From positions 251,787-315,786 of the forward strand of contig CAWFJJ010000005.1 of NCBI GenBank assembly GCA_963816185.1: DNA of 64,000 nucleotides, given 5' to 3'. This stretch comes from Thermoanaerobaculia bacterium (GTDB lineage Bacteria; Acidobacteriota; Thermoanaerobaculia; UBA5066). The notes beneath the pieces were generated by a model, which had not been told where the DNA came from, made no database searches, and saw only the letters and a list, made by a program, of their open reading frames with translations. A program made the translations under genes and the position numbers. The first letter of the stretch is position 1. Each line of letters opens with the position of its first letter. Of this stretch, positions 60,844 to 64,000 are shown one piece after another.

Positions 60844-61715
60844 CGATGGCGGGCTCCCCGACACCGACCCCGACCGTCATGCCCACTTCCACACCGACCC
60901 CGACGTATTCACCGACGATAGCTCCGACGGTCACGCCGACGCCGACGCGTACGCCCACCGCGACGCCGACGCTTACTCCTACTCCCACTCCAACCAAGAC
61001 GCCCACGATGGCTCCGACGGCTACGCCGACGCCGACCCGTACTCCCACTGCGACTCCGACCCGTACGCCCACTGCCCCGCCGCCGGCGACTCCCACGCCG
61101 ACACCGACGAGAACTCCTACGGCTGCGCTGACGGCTACGCCGACACCGACCCCCACCCGTACTGCGGCTGGGACGCCTCCAGCGACTCCCACGCCGACAC
61201 CGACGAGAACGCCTACGGCTGCTCTGACCGCTACGCCAACTCGGACTCCGACCCGTACGCCCACTGCCCCGCCGCCGGCGACTCCCACGCCGACACCGAC
61301 GAGAACGCCGACCTCGACCCCGACACCCGCCTTCCGAAGCTCTCGCTTCAACACGCTGCTTCCCTGCCGCCTCGTGGACACTCGCAATCCGGGGGGACCG
61401 CTCGGCGGCCCGGCTCTGCAGGCGAACGCCACGCGTCTCTTCACCGTGACGTCCGCCTGCGGCATTCCGACTTCGGCCGCGTCCGTTTCGGCCAACGTAA
61501 CGGTCGTCGGTCCCTTGGCCCAGGGTCAGTTGCGGATCTACCCGGGCAACACCGGGATGCCGCAGACGTCAGCCATCAGCTTCCGGGCGGGACGCACGCG
61601 GGCCAACAACGCGATGGTGAGTCTGGCGACGGACGGCACCGGAACAATCGCCGTGAGGAACGATTCCGCCGGAACCGTTCACTTCGTCCTCGACGTCAAT
61701 GGTTACTTCAGATAG
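59445..61715 (+). CDS. secreted right-handed beta-helix protein with PT linker and conserved C-terminal domain
   Basis: Signal peptide, '[11 protein letters not shown]', parallel beta-helix repeats, PT linker, 'PCRLVDTR...DVNGYFR'. Confidence 0.85.
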   Translation: MSILRRVLSSEGIRPARLFRAVLSLVAALALIEATEVSAAEFYASPTGTTSTAPGTGTITTPWALATALAQPAAVHAGDTIWLRGGTYTGLFTSHLMGTSSLPIVVRQYPGERARLDGNVNPLVLGTNSYVLWVSGGYTWYWGFEVMDSNPNRYNPTSGSNPVDARDGGVGVFAPGIKIINLVIHDAGEGLDPWSPAVDAECYGNLIYYNGWSAPDRGHGHGMYAQNLGYGGSKLIKNNILFDQFGYNLHAYGSGTSGFINSRVEGNVWWRGTGLVGGESGFDIGGTSVTGNIAWAAQLTMGYSTTKCANVAVSGNYLANLGGVVFSPGSTGCRAGETITTNTFVGDLNGFAQSDYPNNTYYAKTSPPTQDKVTILPNTYEPGRAAIVVNNWDGSATQAVDLTGVVSPGAAYEIRNAQNFYGPPIVSGTYAGGSVTLPMTGLTPATPVGYAAPPSTGPAFGTFVVLTMAGSPTPTPTVMPTSTPTPTYSPTIAPTVTPTPTRTPTATPTLTPTPTPTKTPTMAPTATPTPTRTPTATPTRTPTAPPPATPTPTPTRTPTAALTATPTPTPTRTAAGTPPATPTPTPTRTPTAALTATPTRTPTRTPTAPPPATPTPTPTRTPTSTPTPAFRSSRFNTLLPCRLVDTRNPGGPLGGPALQANATRLFTVTSACGIPTSAASVSANVTVVGPLAQGQLRIYPGNTGMPQTSAISFRAGRTRANNAMVSLATDGTGTIAVRNDSAGTVHFVLDVNGYFR

Positions 61716-63148
61716 CGACCCGGGTTCGGGTACGATGAGCGGCGTAGCCATGTCCATTCTTCGCCGTGTTCTCTCCAGCGAGGGGATTAGGCCCGCTCGG
61801 CTTTTCAGGGCCGTCCTCTCCCTCGTGGCCGCTCTGGCGCTCATCGAAGCGACGGAGGTCTCCGCTGCCGAGTTCTACGCCTCTCCGACGGGGACGACGA
61901 GCACGGCGCCGGGGACGGGAACGATCACGACTCCGTGGGCGCTGGCCACGGCGCTGGCGCAGCCGGCGGCGGTGCACGCTGGCGACACGATCTGGCTGCG
62001 TGGGGGGACGTACACGGGACTGTTCACGAGCCACCTGATGGGGACGTCGAGCCTGCCGATCGTGGTGCGGCAGTATCCGGGGGAGAGGGCGCGGCTGGAC
62101 GGGAACGTGAACCCCTTGGTTCTCGGGACAAACAGCTATGTTCTTTGGGTGAGTGGTGGGTACACGTGGTACTGGGGGTTCGAGGTGATGGACTCGAATC
62201 CGAACCGGTATAACCCGACGTCGGGGTCGAATCCGGTGGACGCGCGTGACGGGGGCGTTGGAGTGTTTGCACCGGGGATCAAGATCATCAATCTCGTCAT
62301 TCACGACGCGGGCGAAGGCCTGGATCCGTGGTCGCCCGCCGTGGACGCGGAGTGTTACGGGAACCTCATCTACTACAACGGGTGGAGTGCGCCGGACCGC
62401 GGGCACGGGCACGGCATGTACGCGCAGAACCTCGGCTATGGCGGCTCGAAGCTCATCAAGAACAACATTCTTTTCGACCAGTTCGGCTACAACCTGCACG
62501 CCTACGGATCGGGGACATCGGGATTCATCAACTCGCGGGTGGAAGGGAACGTGTGGTGGCGCGGGACAGGGCTGGTGGGCGGGGAGAGCGGATTCGACAT
62601 CGGGGGGACGTCGGTCACCGGGAACATCGCATGGGCTGCGCAGCTGACGATGGGGTATTCGACGACGAAGTGCGCGAACGTGGCGGTGAGCGGGAACTAC
62701 CTGGCGAACCTGGGGGGCGTGGTTTTTTCGCCGGGGAGCACGGGTTGCCGGGCCGGAGAAACCATCACGACGAACACGTTCGTGGGGGACCTGAACGGCT
62801 TCGCACAGAGCGACTATCCGAACAACACGTACTACGCGAAAACCAGCCCGCCGACGCAGGACAAGGTGACCATCCTGCCGAATACGTATGAGCCGGGACG
62901 GGCGGCGATCGTCGTCAACAACTGGGACGGGAGCGCAACGCAGGCGGTGGACCTGACCGGGGTGGTGAGTCCGGGCGCAGCCTACGAGATCCGCAACGCG
63001 CAGAATTTCTACGGGCCTCCAATCGTCTCGGGCACGTACGCCGGAGGATCGGTGACGCTGCCGATGACAGGGCTGACCCCGGCCACCCCGGTCGGCTATG
63101 CCGCTCCTCCCTCGACCGGACCCGCATTCGGCACCTTCGTCGTCCTGA
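61345..63148 (+). repeat. 1804-bp direct repeat, copy 2
   Basis: Matches 59040..60843. Confidence 0.92.
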
Positions 63149-63807
63149 GCGCGTCGCTCGGGCCGCCTCCGCCGCCAACCGCCTCGTTCACGTACAGTCC
63201 CGCCACGCCGACCGCGAATACGCCGGTGACCTTCACGGACACGTCGACCGGAAACCCGACCTCGTGGCAGTGGATCTTCGGCGACGGCGGCACTTCGACC
63301 CAGCGCAATCCGACGCATACGTATGCCGGATCGGGGACCTATACGATCACTTTGACCGCAGTGAATTCGGCGGGATCGAACCAGACGTCGCGCTCCCTGC
63401 GAGTCACCTTGCGGTCGATCCCGCCTACGCCGTCCGGCTTCTACACGCTGAGTCCCTGCCGTGTGATCGACACGCGCAACGCCAACGGGCCGAGAGGGGG
63501 ACCTGCTCTGGCTGCCAGTTCCGTGCGGATCTTCCCGGTGGCCGGGTCGTGCGGCGTTCCGGCCGACGCGAGGACGGTATCGGTGAATCTCACCGTCACG
63601 AACGCGGCGGCGCCGGGAGATCTTCGCGTGTATCCGACCGACATCGGCATACCGGAGACGTGGACGATCAGCTTCCGGGCCGGACAGACGCGTGGCGACA
63701 ACGCGATGTCGACACTTGCCACGGACGGCACCGGGACGATCGGCGTGAAAAACGACGCGACGGGCACCGTCCACGTCATCGTCGACGTCAACGGCTACTT
63801 CAAGTAG
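61750..63807 (+). CDS. secreted beta-helix protein with PKD domain and conserved C-terminal domain
   Basis: Same beta-helix as the previous gene; PKD 'FTDTSTGNPTSWQWIFGDG...NPTHTY..G.YT.TL'; 'PCRVIDTR...DVNGYFK'. Confidence 0.87.
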   Translation: MSILRRVLSSEGIRPARLFRAVLSLVAALALIEATEVSAAEFYASPTGTTSTAPGTGTITTPWALATALAQPAAVHAGDTIWLRGGTYTGLFTSHLMGTSSLPIVVRQYPGERARLDGNVNPLVLGTNSYVLWVSGGYTWYWGFEVMDSNPNRYNPTSGSNPVDARDGGVGVFAPGIKIINLVIHDAGEGLDPWSPAVDAECYGNLIYYNGWSAPDRGHGHGMYAQNLGYGGSKLIKNNILFDQFGYNLHAYGSGTSGFINSRVEGNVWWRGTGLVGGESGFDIGGTSVTGNIAWAAQLTMGYSTTKCANVAVSGNYLANLGGVVFSPGSTGCRAGETITTNTFVGDLNGFAQSDYPNNTYYAKTSPPTQDKVTILPNTYEPGRAAIVVNNWDGSATQAVDLTGVVSPGAAYEIRNAQNFYGPPIVSGTYAGGSVTLPMTGLTPATPVGYAAPPSTGPAFGTFVVLSASLGPPPPPTASFTYSPATPTANTPVTFTDTSTGNPTSWQWIFGDGGTSTQRNPTHTYAGSGTYTITLTAVNSAGSNQTSRSLRVTLRSIPPTPSGFYTLSPCRVIDTRNANGPRGGPALAASSVRIFPVAGSCGVPADARTVSVNLTVTNAAAPGDLRVYPTDIGIPETWTISFRAGQTRGDNAMSTLATDGTGTIGVKNDATGTVHVIVDVNGYFK

Positions 63808-63901
63808 CCGCTCCCGCAGCTTGCCGTAGGAGCCGTCGCCGGCGAAGCGGCCCGCTGTCCCCGTCAGAGCTCGACCGCCTCCGATTCGATAAGATCGCGC
63901 T

Positions 63902-64000
63902 GTGAGGACGCGGGCTTTGAGGATCGGGGCGATAGTCGCCTTTCTGAGTACGACTCCTCGCCTGGCGGCGATTGACTTCTACGCGTCGCCGACGGGGACG
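63902..64000 (+). CDS. start of a fourth beta-helix paralog (runs off the window)
   Basis: Open frame ending '...[13 protein letters not shown]', the same mature N-terminus as the three upstream paralogs. Confidence 0.65.
   Translation, partial: MRTRALRIGAIVAFLSTTPRLAAIDFYASPTGT

Noticed and set aside
58430-61330. Pro/Thr repeats as a CRISPR array
   Set aside because: The repeats are in-frame coding linkers with no unique spacers, and there are no cas genes.
59040-63148. Direct repeat as a diversity-generating retroelement TR/VR pair
   Set aside because: The copies appear identical, with no adenine-specific differences; they are far too long; and no reverse transcriptase is in the window.

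Overview
A GC-rich (roughly 70%) bacterial chromosomal segment. The gene style (Ser/Thr kinase-TolB-TPR, wHTH-FHA, several YfhO-like GT-C proteins, 'PCRLVDTR...DVNGYF' C-terminal domains) suggests Acidobacteriota, possibly Thermoanaerobaculia; this is inference. In order: housekeeping and hypothetical genes; a lower-GC NotI-like restriction-modification locus whose methyltransferase is broken by an IS3-family (IS6110/IS51-like) element plus a deletion; kbl, moaE/moaD, an orphan ParA and a kinase/FHA module; an AttEFGH-like ABC system; a ~23 kb envelope glycosylation region (wzm/wzt, arnT/C/split-A/D, three YfhO-like proteins, GT2s, GT39, an AglB/STT3-like oligosaccharyltransferase); peptidases; a probable DedA-rhodanese selenoprotein (in-frame UGA in CTUPNE); a class A beta-lactamase; and a tandem array of modular secreted beta-helix proteins with a 1.8 kb direct repeat. 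The most unusual signal is four AT-shifted, insertion-rich patches inside unrelated genes. Each carries 2-3 copies of a motif (consensus ~ATTTTCTTAGAAGGGG, core TTC-N3-GAA) in both orientations and different reading frames, usually spaced ~75-91 bp, suggesting an undescribed DNA-level site system overlaid on coding sequence. Many genes also appear to be leaderless (TANNNT 6-7 nt before the start codon). All family assignments come from motif recognition by eye, not database searches.
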